32,000 bases of DNA from Nostoc punctiforme PCC 73102 (GTDB taxonomy: Bacteria; Cyanobacteriota; Cyanobacteriia; Cyanobacteriales; Nostocaceae), in NCBI RefSeq assembly GCF_000020025.1, contig NC_010628.1:60001-92000 (forward strand), in the 5' to 3' direction. Below, one piece after another: positions 1 to 8,808 of this stretch. Position 1 is the stretch's first letter; each line of letters starts with the position of its first letter. Below the pieces are notes generated by a model that was not told the DNA's origin, did no database searches, and saw nothing but the letters and a program-made list of their open reading frames with translations. Position numbers and translations under genes: made by a program.

Positions 1-1617
1 TTGCAGTCCTTGAATTTTCAAATTTTGGACACGATACAAAAAGGCTGCACCAGTCATAATTTGATTAGCAACATCAACTACACCACGATTATTTGGTTCA
101 GACAGATAGGAACCACGTACCCAGTCATTGAAACCGCCCATTGCCGGGCCACACCAAATTTGATAATCGACTTCTCTGCCTTTTTCACCAGAACTAGACC
201 AGCGAGAAGATAATCCTAGATACCAACGGAAAATCAACGCCATTTTCAGTTTAGGATTATTGACTGCTTTCCCAAGTTTCTCAGGGTTCTTTTGGGATAA
301 ATAAGCCGCAGTTCCTTCCCATACTTCAGCAATAGTTTTGCGAAAAACTTGTTTTTCTAATTTCTGCCTTTCTGCCAAAGGAATCTCTTCAATGGAATCA
401 TAAGCGCGGTAGAGTTCAAATAGTTTTTGCGCTCGCATGGGGAACATCGTACCCCGTTTGAGAACTTGCAATTTGACTCCCATTTCAAACATATCTGCTG
501 CTGGGGCCATAATCATATCAGCCATTTCTGCTTGGGCTAATAACTTTTTGGTATGTTCACAAGCCCCAGATTCAACACACGACTGATTAATGGAACCGGT
601 CATTATATAAGCAGCACCCATCATAAAGGCTGCTAATGCTGATTGTGGTGTCCCAATTCCCCCTGCAACGCCGATTCTAATGGGTGTTTGATAATGATAT
701 TGTGCTTGAATTTCATCCCGCAAGGCAATAATAGAAGGTAGCACACAAACCAGAGGACGGTTATCTGTATGACCTCCAGAATCAGCTTCTACGGTAATAT
801 CATCAGCCATCGGAACTTTGGCTGCAAGGGTTGCTTGTAACTCAGTAATTAGCCCTTGTTCCAGGAGTTCTTTGATGATTCTGGCTGGTGCTGGTTGCAG
901 AAATTTAGTCGCAACTTCTCGGCGAGAAATTTTGGCAATGATTTTATTTTTGATTTCAATTTGATTGGCGCTATTCAACCCCAATCCAGCAACACGGTAA
1001 TAAACAATGTTGGGAGTCAAGTCGAGAAATGCAGATGCTTCTACTGTTCTCACTTGATATTTGAGGTATAAATCTACAGCCCGGCGTTCAATCGCAGGTT
1101 CATTGGGGCTGTGAATTAAATTAAATGCGTAAGGCCCTTGAGGTAAGGCTTGTTGAATGCGATTGATGGCTGCTTCCAAACGTTCTGGAGTTAAACCACC
1201 TGCACCAAAGGAACTCAAAATTTGCTCTTTTCCTAGTGCAATGACCATTTCTTCGGAAGCAATTCCACCAGCCATTGCGCCGGTAACGTAGGCATATTTT
1301 ACTCCATAAGAGGAGAGGAAATTGGGATCTCCAAATTGTTGAATGCGGATTGGTGCTGCAAATGTTAGCAGTTCTACTTGTGCTGTTGTGCCATTATCAC
1401 CAGGGGATAAATAACCCTCATTAGTGACACCGATTTTTCCGGCAACTTTCACGATGTAGCAGGGTTTATTTAACACCATCAATTTATCTTTGATGGTTTG
1501 TTTCTCAAAAGATACAGTTTCTAAAGAACCTTTCCAAACCTGGTTTTTGTTATGCGACCAAGCGGAGAAGTTAAGACCATTATCGTGTTTACTTAGTACC
1601 GTATCTACGGTTGTCAC
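1..1617 (-). CDS. hglD: PfaD-family FMN-dependent enoyl reductase (trans-acting ER of the glycolipid PKS). C-terminus cut by the window edge.
   Basis: Not in the ORF track because it has no stop in the window. My own minus-strand translation from GTG (1617-1615) stays open for 539 codons down to base 1: VTTVDTVLSKHDNGLNFSAWSH...KYAYVTGAMAGGIASEEMVIALGK...ITVEADSGGHTDNRPL...RIGVAGGIGTPQSA...QVLKRGTMFPMRAQK. These blocks are typical of PfaD / nitronate-monooxygenase-like ER. GAGGGA lies 8 nt upstream of the GTG. The symbol is assigned by synteny after hglG. Confidence 0.85.
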   Translation of the reverse strand, partial: MTTVDTVLSKHDNGLNFSAWSHNKNQVWKGSLETVSFEKQTIKDKLMVLNKPCYIVKVAGKIGVTNEGYLSPGDNGTTAQVELLTFAAPIRIQQFGDPNFLSSYGVKYAYVTGAMAGGIASEEMVIALGKEQILSSFGAGGLTPERLEAAINRIQQALPQGPYAFNLIHSPNEPAIERRAVDLYLKYQVRTVEASAFLDLTPNIVYYRVAGLGLNSANQIEIKNKIIAKISRREVATKFLQPAPARIIKELLEQGLITELQATLAAKVPMADDITVEADSGGHTDNRPLVCVLPSIIALRDEIQAQYHYQTPIRIGVAGGIGTPQSALAAFMMGAAYIMTGSINQSCVESGACEHTKKLLAQAEMADMIMAPAADMFEMGVKLQVLKRGTMFPMRAQKLFELYRAYDSIEEIPLAERQKLEKQVFRKTIAEVWEGTAAYLSQKNPEKLGKAVNNPKLKMALIFRWYLGLSSRWSSSGEKGREVDYQIWCGPAMGGFNDWVRGSYLSEPNNRGVVDVANQIMTGAAFLYRVQNLKIQGLQ

Positions 1618-1730
1618 GGTAGTTATCCCTCGGATTATACAAACAATGGATGATTAAAGTTGAAGGGTGTAGACTCTGTTAACGTAGACGCTTCTCTACG
1701 AGACGCTACGCGAACGGCTTGCCGCAGGTT

Positions 1731-1842
1731 ACCGCAGAGGCGCAGAGGGCACAGAGTAAAAGAGTAATACCAATTCTCTGGGAGATGCACGTAATAATTT
1801 TTAAACGAACCGCAAAGGACGCAAAGGGCGCGAAGGAAGAGA
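1731..1842. repeat. Dispersed CGCAGAG/CGCAAAG unit arrays (hglG-hglD spacer)
   Basis: accGCAGAGGCGCAGAGGGCACAGAG (1731-1756) and tttttaaacgaaCCGCAAAGGACGCAAAGGGCGCGAAGGAAGAG (about 1798-1841). The second block aligns base-for-base with 8765-8807. Confidence 0.8.
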
Positions 1843-1885
1843 TAAGTTAAGAATTAAGCAGTGCAAGTTGAGAGAGAATTGGTAT
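1767..1885. repeat. 13-bp perfect inverted repeat enclosing the CGCAAAG array
   Basis: ATACCAATTCTCT (1767-1779) and AGAGAATTGGTAT (1873-1885). It could form a long-range stem in the hglG-hglD spacer RNA, 7 nt after the hglG stop. Confidence 0.6.
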
Positions 1886-1891
1886 GAAATA

Positions 1892-4800
1892 TTAAGATTC
1901 TTCGTTAAGCAAGTTTTGGGCGCAAGCTAGTTGCAATTGAATGATTTCGCTCATTTGCTGACTGTAATCTTGTCTAGCTTGTAAGAAGGCTGTGTGTGCT
2001 TTAGTTATCTTTGAATTATTAGCATTGAGCTTTTGATACTGGGTCTTATTTAAATCGAACATGCTGATGATGCTACTAATTTTTTGAGTTCTGACGGGTG
2101 GGAAAGAAACAGGAATTGACTGTCTAATTGCGCTTGACTCAGAAGATTGTAATTGTTCTCTGGGTTGAAAAACGTTATCAATGATATTTTTCGGTTTTAC
2201 TTCTTCTGGCTGAGGCAAGATGTTAGGGGAATGACTTTCTTGTTGAGTTATGTGCTTGGAAGTATTAAGAGAATCTGTGATTTCAGATTGTTGAACTTTA
2301 GGTATATCTGGATGCTGTATTTTGAAGCGATCGCTCCTAAGATCCCCAGCGAAATCTTCAACAAGTTTGCGATTTTGTTCGCTCAAAATTGTAGCAGCGA
2401 TCGCTTTCCCACCCAAGGTAACTGTTCTCAATGTTGCTTTACTTGAATTAGCAGTGTCTTGGGCTTTGCAGTACAACGGTGATAAATCCACATTCACCTG
2501 ATGACTGAGTAGTTTTGCTAATGCTTTGACCATCGAAGCATGGTCATCCATCCCTCTACGATTTAGAGAGACTGTGATATGTTCTTTGCTGCCAAGAATT
2601 TTATCAATCCATCGGGAACAGACACTACCTGCACCTGCTTCTAGAAATATTTTGACCCCATCGCCGTAGACACGGTTAACTAATTGTGGAAAATCAAGTT
2701 CTTGGCACAATCCTTTGGCGATGTTGTGAGCAATGGTATCTCTTTCAAGCGCAACTGGTTGATAATCGGCGGCAGAATAAAACACAATCCCAGGAAGATT
2801 TTGTGATGGTAAGCTGTTTACCTTCTTGATTTCCTCGAACTGCGATCGCATCGCTTCACAATGTATCACATGGTCGAAGGGCGCGGGGAAGGAATTACAA
2901 CCTAAAGTTGCAATCACTCGCTTACAGGCGGCATCGTCACCAGCAATTAATACTTCTTCTGGTGTGTTAATTTGAGTTAAGTAAACGTGATTCTCATGTT
3001 TCAGGCATTCTCTAACTTGCGATGGAGTAGCCATGAGAACATAGGTATTCCAAAAATTGTTGTTTGGTGAATCTGTTAATCCCCAATATTCCCGCACAGC
3101 ATTTTTCGGCCCAGATAATTTATCGCCAAATAGAGGTGATGAGTTTAAGGTATTACTTCCACCCTCAAAATCACTCCAAACTCCTTGGGCAACCATCATA
3201 CTAGTTTCACCCAAGCTATACCCAAATACAGATTGCGGCTTGACCTTAAAATCATCTCGGAAAATTGCTGTCATGTATCTAGCAAAGGCGATTTCACTTT
3301 CAAACATTGCCAGTGAATCATCTAACAATTGCTTTTCGAGTGTTTCTAGTTGCCGGGTTGTCAATTTAGGTAAGCTTCTGGGATAAACTAGCTTTTCAAC
3401 ATCGGCTGCCCGATTGTAGAGATTGTTACTTTTTAAATCCTCGAAGACTTTCGGAAATAAGCGAAAAACAGTCCGACCAATGCCAATATAAGAATTGACT
3501 GCTGCGGGGTAAACATAAGCAACGGCTCCAGTTTTACCCAATGGTTTTGCTGTGAAATAACTACCTAGTGGCGTTTGCCAATCTGTGCCGTTTTCAAAGG
3601 CATTATTTACACCTTTGCGGGCAGATTCAATTTCTTTGAGTAAATCTTTTGTGTTACGTCCTGTAATTGATAAGACGTATTTTGGATCAGATTGCTGTTG
3701 AAAGGTAGCAAATGTTTGGCTAGCTCTAGCTGCTAAAGAAGAACTAGCTTCAATGGATTTTTGGAGATGGTTCAGTAAATCGGGTATAGTGGAGCGATCG
3801 CTAACTGCTATCGGAAACAGATGAAAAGGCATTTGTTGCAAATATCTGTTGTCGCGCTCCTCTTGGCTGGGTTCCTCCGACAAGATTAAATGGGCGTAAC
3901 TGCCATCTATACCCATGCTATTAATTGCTGCTATTCTGCGTGTACCGCCTTTATCGACAAACCAAGGTCTTGATTCCATCGCCACATAGAAAGGGCTACC
4001 TTCCCATACTTGCGGTGTTTTGACACCAGACCATTTGGGTGTGGCAGGAATATACCTGTAATAAAGACAGAGAGCGGTTTTGATTAAGCTAGCAATTCCC
4101 GATGCTGTATAGGTGTGGCCGATATTGGCTTTGACGCTGCCCAATGCACAGTGCAAACCATTGCCCACTTTCGGATAAGCTTGCAGTAAACCTGTGATTT
4201 CAGCTTCATCCTCCTGGGGAACGCCACTACCGAAGACTTCCACATAGTTAACTTCTGTGGGTTGAATCTCCGCCATCTGGAAAGCTTGTTTGCAGACATT
4301 GCTGATAGCTGAAGCATCAGGTTTTACCAAAGCGTCACTCAAAGTAGAATTACCTTGTGCAAAACTCATGGCATCAATTACTGCATAGATGCGTTCATTA
4401 TCTTCTTTAGCAGCTTCGTAGCGCTTGAGAACAACTGCACCAGCACCTTCGCCAACCGTCCAGCCATTAGCTTGTTGGTCATAACCCAAGGTATTTACAC
4501 CTGTATTAATTGGTGCAAATTGGCTGCGGAATAAGACATTTTCCACACCACCTGCTAAATCCACCGCACCCACAACGACTGCATCAACTTCTCCCGTAGC
4601 GAGTAGCATTTGGGCAATTTCCAACGCCTTGAGGGCAGAATTTTCGCCAGCGCTGACGGTGAATGCAGGGCCAGTGAAATTCCATAAAGCAGAAATCCGA
4701 CTCGCCATGATGTTGGCGATGTGACTGACATATTCGCCGATTTCTACTGGTTGATGAATGCTATCTTTAACAATGGTTTCTAGTTGCGCCAGTTGTTCAA

Positions 4801-6640
4801 CAGGTAGAGAAATCCCTTGGTTGAGTAAGCCATCCTTAACTTGCCAAGATAAATTCCATCTTTGCTGTAGCTGATGCACAGAGAATTCTGTTTCGGCAGC
4901 GACAATCACACCCACATTGCCGCCTTCCTGTAGTTTCGCATCTTTTACGGCGCGATCGCTAACCTTCAGGAGCAACAATTGTTGTGGGTTTAACTTCTCG
5001 ATTTCATTTGGTGGGATTTTGCACGATAAAGTATCGATTTCAAAATCCTTTATATATGCCCCTACTGGTGCTTTCCCATCTGCTAAACCGTACTCTTTCA
5101 GGACACTTTCTTGATTTTCTATACCATGCCATCTTTGAGGCGGTAGAGAAGTAAAATGCTGTGTTCCATCATAAATGCTACGTTCAAAAGCATCTAAACC
5201 ATTGCAGTTACCAAAAAAGGCATCCATCCCGACAATGGCAATTTTGGTAGGTGGAACAGGTGGAGTTGATTCAACTGATTCTCTTGTATTTCCTTGTTCT
5301 AAAATCAGATGAGAATTAGTGCCGCCAAAACCGAAAGCGCTAATAGCCGCTCGTTTTATTGGTGCGTTATTATTAGGCCATGCTGTAGCTGTTCTAACAA
5401 TTTTATCGGCAGAAATTGTACCTTTTTCTGAAGTTAAAGGTTCCGAAACATTCATAGTTGCTGGAATTACACCATGAGACATACTCAAAATCACTTTAGT
5501 CAAGCCAACCATGCCGGCAGCAGTTAACAAGTGACCAGTATTTGCCTTAGCAGAACCCACTAGAGGCGCAGCTTGATTTTGACCAAAGAATGTTTCTATG
5601 GAGTTAAATTCGGTTGTATCTCCTAGTAATGTGCCGGTGGCGTGACACTCTAAATAATCGATAGTTTTGGGACTAAAATTGGCCTCATTATAGGCTCGTT
5701 CAAAAGCTAGGACTTGTCCTTTAGGATTAGGGCTGAGTAAGTGCTTACCTTTACCATCATTTGAGAGTCCATTACCGCAGATGGTAGCAAGAATATTGTC
5801 GCCATCTCTAATGGCATCAGAATATCTTTTCAACATTACCATCCCAACACCATCGGCGGGAATCAGCCCTCTAGAGGATTTATCTAAGGGGCGGCTGATG
5901 CCGTTTTCTGCATACCCTTGAACACCAGAAAATAACATCCGCACGAATAAGGAATCTGCACAACTGATGGCTCCAGCTAACATGACATCAGCTTTGTGTG
6001 ACCATAAGTAATGAGATGCTAGTTTAATGGCATAAAATGATGACGAGCAAGCAGCATCCAGACATAAATTAATCTGAGATAGAGATAGTGCTTGAGCAAC
6101 GATAGATGCTGGTAAACCAGATATCATCGCATTGTATAAAGATGCTGTAGTTCCACTTGGGACAGCTAAATTAAAGTCTTCATACTGCAAAAGTTCTCTG
6201 ACAGCAGGATTAATAGCTTTCTGGTAAATTGGAGAGAATAGCTGGTTAGATAATTTTGTTGGGAATGACAAATTACCTAAGATTACGCCACATTTTGCCA
6301 GAACAGTTTGATTACCCCAATAACCACTTTGTTCAATTGCTTGTTTGGCGGTATACAATGACCATTTGAAAGTATTATCTAAACCAGCAACAAATTCTGA
6401 TGGTAGATTGTATTCAGATGGATTAAACTGGAAGTTGCGGATGTATCCGCCTTTAAGGGAATAGGTTTTGTCTGGTGTACCTTTAACTGGATTGTGAAAT
6501 ATTGTCGGATCTACTCCGATTTCTTCGACGGTTGCAGAGGATGTCGAATCTTTTTGATTAACGATGTTTTGCCAGTATTCTTCAGGATTTTCTGCATCGG
6601 GGAATAGGCATGATAATGCGATGATGGCTATTTTTTCCAC
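1892..6640 (-). CDS. hglG: Type I PKS subunit KS-CLF-AT (PfaC-like N-terminal part) with a domain-free C-terminal tail
   Basis: 1582-aa ORF with a GTG start and GGAG 10 nt upstream. KS1 has the active-site Cys (LCLDAACSSSFYA) and His motifs (ECHATGT, NTGHLL). The second KS-like domain lacks the Cys (FTVSAGENSAL), which marks a chain-length factor. The AT has the serine motif GYSLGE. The last ~190 aa have no recognisable catalytic motif. Confidence 0.9.
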   Translation of the reverse strand: MEKIAIIALSCLFPDAENPEEYWQNIVNQKDSTSSATVEEIGVDPTIFHNPVKGTPDKTYSLKGGYIRNFQFNPSEYNLPSEFVAGLDNTFKWSLYTAKQAIEQSGYWGNQTVLAKCGVILGNLSFPTKLSNQLFSPIYQKAINPAVRELLQYEDFNLAVPSGTTASLYNAMISGLPASIVAQALSLSQINLCLDAACSSSFYAIKLASHYLWSHKADVMLAGAISCADSLFVRMLFSGVQGYAENGISRPLDKSSRGLIPADGVGMVMLKRYSDAIRDGDNILATICGNGLSNDGKGKHLLSPNPKGQVLAFERAYNEANFSPKTIDYLECHATGTLLGDTTEFNSIETFFGQNQAAPLVGSAKANTGHLLTAAGMVGLTKVILSMSHGVIPATMNVSEPLTSEKGTISADKIVRTATAWPNNNAPIKRAAISAFGFGGTNSHLILEQGNTRESVESTPPVPPTKIAIVGMDAFFGNCNGLDAFERSIYDGTQHFTSLPPQRWHGIENQESVLKEYGLADGKAPVGAYIKDFEIDTLSCKIPPNEIEKLNPQQLLLLKVSDRAVKDAKLQEGGNVGVIVAAETEFSVHQLQQRWNLSWQVKDGLLNQGISLPVEQLAQLETIVKDSIHQPVEIGEYVSHIANIMASRISALWNFTGPAFTVSAGENSALKALEIAQMLLATGEVDAVVVGAVDLAGGVENVLFRSQFAPINTGVNTLGYDQQANGWTVGEGAGAVVLKRYEAAKEDNERIYAVIDAMSFAQGNSTLSDALVKPDASAISNVCKQAFQMAEIQPTEVNYVEVFGSGVPQEDEAEITGLLQAYPKVGNGLHCALGSVKANIGHTYTASGIASLIKTALCLYYRYIPATPKWSGVKTPQVWEGSPFYVAMESRPWFVDKGGTRRIAAINSMGIDGSYAHLILSEEPSQEERDNRYLQQMPFHLFPIAVSDRSTIPDLLNHLQKSIEASSSLAARASQTFATFQQQSDPKYVLSITGRNTKDLLKEIESARKGVNNAFENGTDWQTPLGSYFTAKPLGKTGAVAYVYPAAVNSYIGIGRTVFRLFPKVFEDLKSNNLYNRAADVEKLVYPRSLPKLTTRQLETLEKQLLDDSLAMFESEIAFARYMTAIFRDDFKVKPQSVFGYSLGETSMMVAQGVWSDFEGGSNTLNSSPLFGDKLSGPKNAVREYWGLTDSPNNNFWNTYVLMATPSQVRECLKHENHVYLTQINTPEEVLIAGDDAACKRVIATLGCNSFPAPFDHVIHCEAMRSQFEEIKKVNSLPSQNLPGIVFYSAADYQPVALERDTIAHNIAKGLCQELDFPQLVNRVYGDGVKIFLEAGAGSVCSRWIDKILGSKEHITVSLNRRGMDDHASMVKALAKLLSHQVNVDLSPLYCKAQDTANSSKATLRTVTLGGKAIAATILSEQNRKLVEDFAGDLRSDRFKIQHPDIPKVQQSEITDSLNTSKHITQQESHSPNILPQPEEVKPKNIIDNVFQPREQLQSSESSAIRQSIPVSFPPVRTQKISSIISMFDLNKTQYQKLNANNSKITKAHTAFLQARQDYSQQMSEIIQLQLACAQNLLNEES

Positions 6641-6689
6641 GATTTATATGCTCCGAGTTTGGGTATTTAGCAAGAGATAATTAAAAGGC

Positions 6690-6917
6690 AGGATTTACGC
6701 TGTTCCCCAAACTTTGAACGAGGCAAGTTATAGCAATCCTAAGATTAAGCTAGCTTTGATAGTTTGCAGTAAAGACTTTATTGCTTAATACAAGATTTCT
6801 AGCAGATTCTCTGCGAACCTTTGCGTCTCCCTTTGCGCCCCTTTGCGTTTAAATTTAAACCCTCAATTCGCCAATATTTCACGCAAAGCTGTACTTAGAA
6901 AAAAGAAATAAAGTCCT
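6690..6917. mobile_element. Decayed larger member of the same MITE family, filling most of the hglF-hglG spacer
   Basis: The left end is AGGATTTACGC (6690-6700). The right end is degenerate, (gaaata)AAGTCCT at 6911-6917. The interior carries the CTTTGCG array (6809-6860), related to the interior of the 15468 element. Confidence 0.4.
6809..6860. repeat. CTTTGCG unit array, reverse orientation of the CGCAAAG family
   Basis: ctctgcgaaCCTTTGCGtctcCCTTTGCGccCCTTTGCGtttaaatttaaac. Its reverse complement aligns with 1798-1841 and 8765-8807. Confidence 0.8.
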
Positions 6918-6945
6918 TACTACGAACTTACAACTTAGCAGATTA

Positions 6946-8673
6946 CTAACTTCTAAGCATTTTCATTGACCAAATAATGGCATGAGCGCCGAGCATTCGT
7001 GAGTATATTTTTCCTTGGCGATCGTGTATGATAAAGTTTGCGATCGCACTACTTGGTGTCTTGGATTTTACTTCACAAGAAACGTAAAATGTTTCATTAT
7101 GTGGTATCATCTCAAACTGTTCAAATTTTTCTACTTTTCCTGGCAAACAACCTTCTTCATGGAAATGTTGTGTCCAAATCCATAAAGCGTGCATACTCAA
7201 GTCAGTTGTGTAAGGATTTACCCATTGGACAGGGAATTGTCCTTGTTCTTTTGCGGTGAGTTCTGGCCAAAGACATTCTGTAGTAATTTTTTCGGGACTG
7301 ATGTTTAAAACTCTTTTAACTTCTTGAAAACCGGGGCCATGAAATAAAGTCGCCCCACCATTTTGGTAAAAATCTTTTCCGGTAGCAGTGATGATGTTAT
7401 CTGGTTCGAGATTGAGAGATTCATAGATGGGTGCATCTGGGATTTCACGCTGGAGATTGAGTTGAGCGCTAAAATGAAAATGGGTTTTTCCTTCTAGGTT
7501 TTTACTCGAAATTTTGGCTTTGAGTTCGATTCTTTCAAGGTTGACTTTGGAAATTTCTTCTATTTCTAAAATATGTTCCTTTGCTAATGTTTCATTGAAA
7601 GTAATTCCCTTCAAAACTTTGAAGTCTTGGTAATAAAACAACCGATAACCAGGATATAATTGTTCAGAAGCGTTGATACTCCAGGTCATTGCACAAGTTG
7701 CTGGTAAAACTGGAGAACCAGCAATCGTATGATCGTGCAAAAATGGATTAGCCTCCAATGTCATTTGGCGACGAATACGATGGGTTCGTAATTCTGGATC
7801 TAACTCCGCCGCAAGTGGAACTAGTGGACTACCAATAACAACTTGTGAGGTTTCATGATTGGTATTATCCATTTCTTTCACAAGCATTTGTGCCCCAACT
7901 GCAATGGGAATTATGTCAATTTTTCGCTCTTGAAAAATCTTCTTTAATTCTGCTGTCACCATGCCACTATCCCAAGCGCCCCAGTTGATAGCGACTACAT
8001 GACATGAGGGATAACTTTGCTTAAATATATGGGCTGATTTGTTCAGAATTTCATTTGCGATCGCATAATCAGATTGTCCGGGATTGCCGTAAAAGCCTGT
8101 TACTGAAGAAAACAAAACTAAATGCTGAAGTTGATTAGGGTTAACGCAAGCCAGGAGGTTCTCTAAGCCTTGAACTTTAGCTGTGTAAACTTTTTCAAAA
8201 TCATCTTCTGTTTTCTTTTCAATTAACTTATCAGCTAAGTTTCCAGCCCCGTGGATGATTCCGGTAATTGCGCCGAAGTGTTGGACAGCAGTGGCAAGTT
8301 TTTCTTGTAAAGCTGGCGTATCTGTGACATCGACGCTGATATATTCTGCTTTAGCTCCTGTTTTTTCAATTGCTGCTAGGGTCTTTTTAATCTCGCGGCT
8401 AGAGGTAATTTTGTTATATATTTTTTGCACATTCATGGGTGTGGGCTTCTCTCCTTGAGAAAGAAGATTTTCCATGATGCATTTTTTCAATGCGGATTCA
8501 TCAGAATTTTGAGCATAATCTGGCTCGGTTTCTAATAGTTCGGAGCGACCGAGGAGGATGAATTTGCAGGGTTGCTGTTGGGCTAATCTGATAGTACACT
8601 CAGCCGTAATCCCTTTTGCACCGCCGCTCACGACAAAGACAGATGATGGACTAAGCTGGGCTGTTTGTGTCAT
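6946..8673 (-). CDS. hglF: PKS ketoreductase (catalytic Rossmann half) fused to a PKS-type dehydratase
   Basis: 575-aa ORF. The N-terminus has the glycine-rich SDR loop VFVVSGGAKGITAECT and the catalytic-Tyr block GQSDYAIANE. The C-terminal hot-dog DH has the HxxxGxxxxP motif (LHDHTIAGSPVLPAT). The symbol is assigned by synteny between hglE and hglG. Confidence 0.9.
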   Translation of the reverse strand: MTQTAQLSPSSVFVVSGGAKGITAECTIRLAQQQPCKFILLGRSELLETEPDYAQNSDESALKKCIMENLLSQGEKPTPMNVQKIYNKITSSREIKKTLAAIEKTGAKAEYISVDVTDTPALQEKLATAVQHFGAITGIIHGAGNLADKLIEKKTEDDFEKVYTAKVQGLENLLACVNPNQLQHLVLFSSVTGFYGNPGQSDYAIANEILNKSAHIFKQSYPSCHVVAINWGAWDSGMVTAELKKIFQERKIDIIPIAVGAQMLVKEMDNTNHETSQVVIGSPLVPLAAELDPELRTHRIRRQMTLEANPFLHDHTIAGSPVLPATCAMTWSINASEQLYPGYRLFYYQDFKVLKGITFNETLAKEHILEIEEISKVNLERIELKAKISSKNLEGKTHFHFSAQLNLQREIPDAPIYESLNLEPDNIITATGKDFYQNGGATLFHGPGFQEVKRVLNISPEKITTECLWPELTAKEQGQFPVQWVNPYTTDLSMHALWIWTQHFHEEGCLPGKVEKFEQFEMIPHNETFYVSCEVKSKTPSSAIANFIIHDRQGKIYSRMLGAHAIIWSMKMLRS

Positions 8674-8688
8674 AAATCCTCTGGGATT

Positions 8689-8713
8689 AATTCGTAATTC
8701 GCAATTCGTAATT
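8689..8713. repeat. Tandem heptamers AATTCGT/AATTCGC (STRR-type)
   Basis: aattcgt aattcgc aattcgt aatt, 16 nt upstream of the hglF start codon. Confidence 0.85.
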
Positions 8714-8723
8714 AAAAGATGCT

Positions 8724-8807
8724 CTCTTATCTCTTTCTCTGTGTCCTCTGCGCCTCTGCGGTTTTTTTAAACGAAGCACAGAGACGCAGAGAGCGCAGAG
8801 AGAAGAG
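8724..8807. repeat. Inverted blocks of CTCTG(C/T)G units around TTTTTTTAAAC (hglE-hglF spacer)
   Basis: Left block: ctcttatctctttCTCTGTGtcCTCTGCGcCTCTGCG. Centre: gtttttttaaacgaag. Right block: CACAGAGaCGCAGAGagCGCAGAGagaagag. It can fold as a multi-register hairpin immediately after the hglE stop (8809). Confidence 0.8.
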
Positions 8808-8808
8808 A

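Noticed and set aside
1-213. 70-aa plus-strand ORF at the left edge (TTG start)
   Set aside because: It lies antisense to, and entirely inside, the strongly supported PfaD-type ER gene on the minus strand. It has no recognisable motifs.
1731-1842. Possible CRISPR-like array, because of the regularly repeated CGCAGAG/CGCAAAG units (also at 6809-6860 and 8724-8807)
   Set aside because: The units are only 7-9 nt and directly abut each other with no spacers. There are no cas genes. These are short dispersed or tandem repeats typical of Nostoc genomes.
2153-5114. Short ORFs in the track inside hglG: plus-strand 2153-2446, 3057-3386 and 4917-5114, and minus-strand out-of-frame 4084-4317
   Set aside because: All are embedded in the 1582-aa PKS gene, whose KS/CLF/AT motifs fix the true frame. 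Their sequences are low-complexity or odd in composition.
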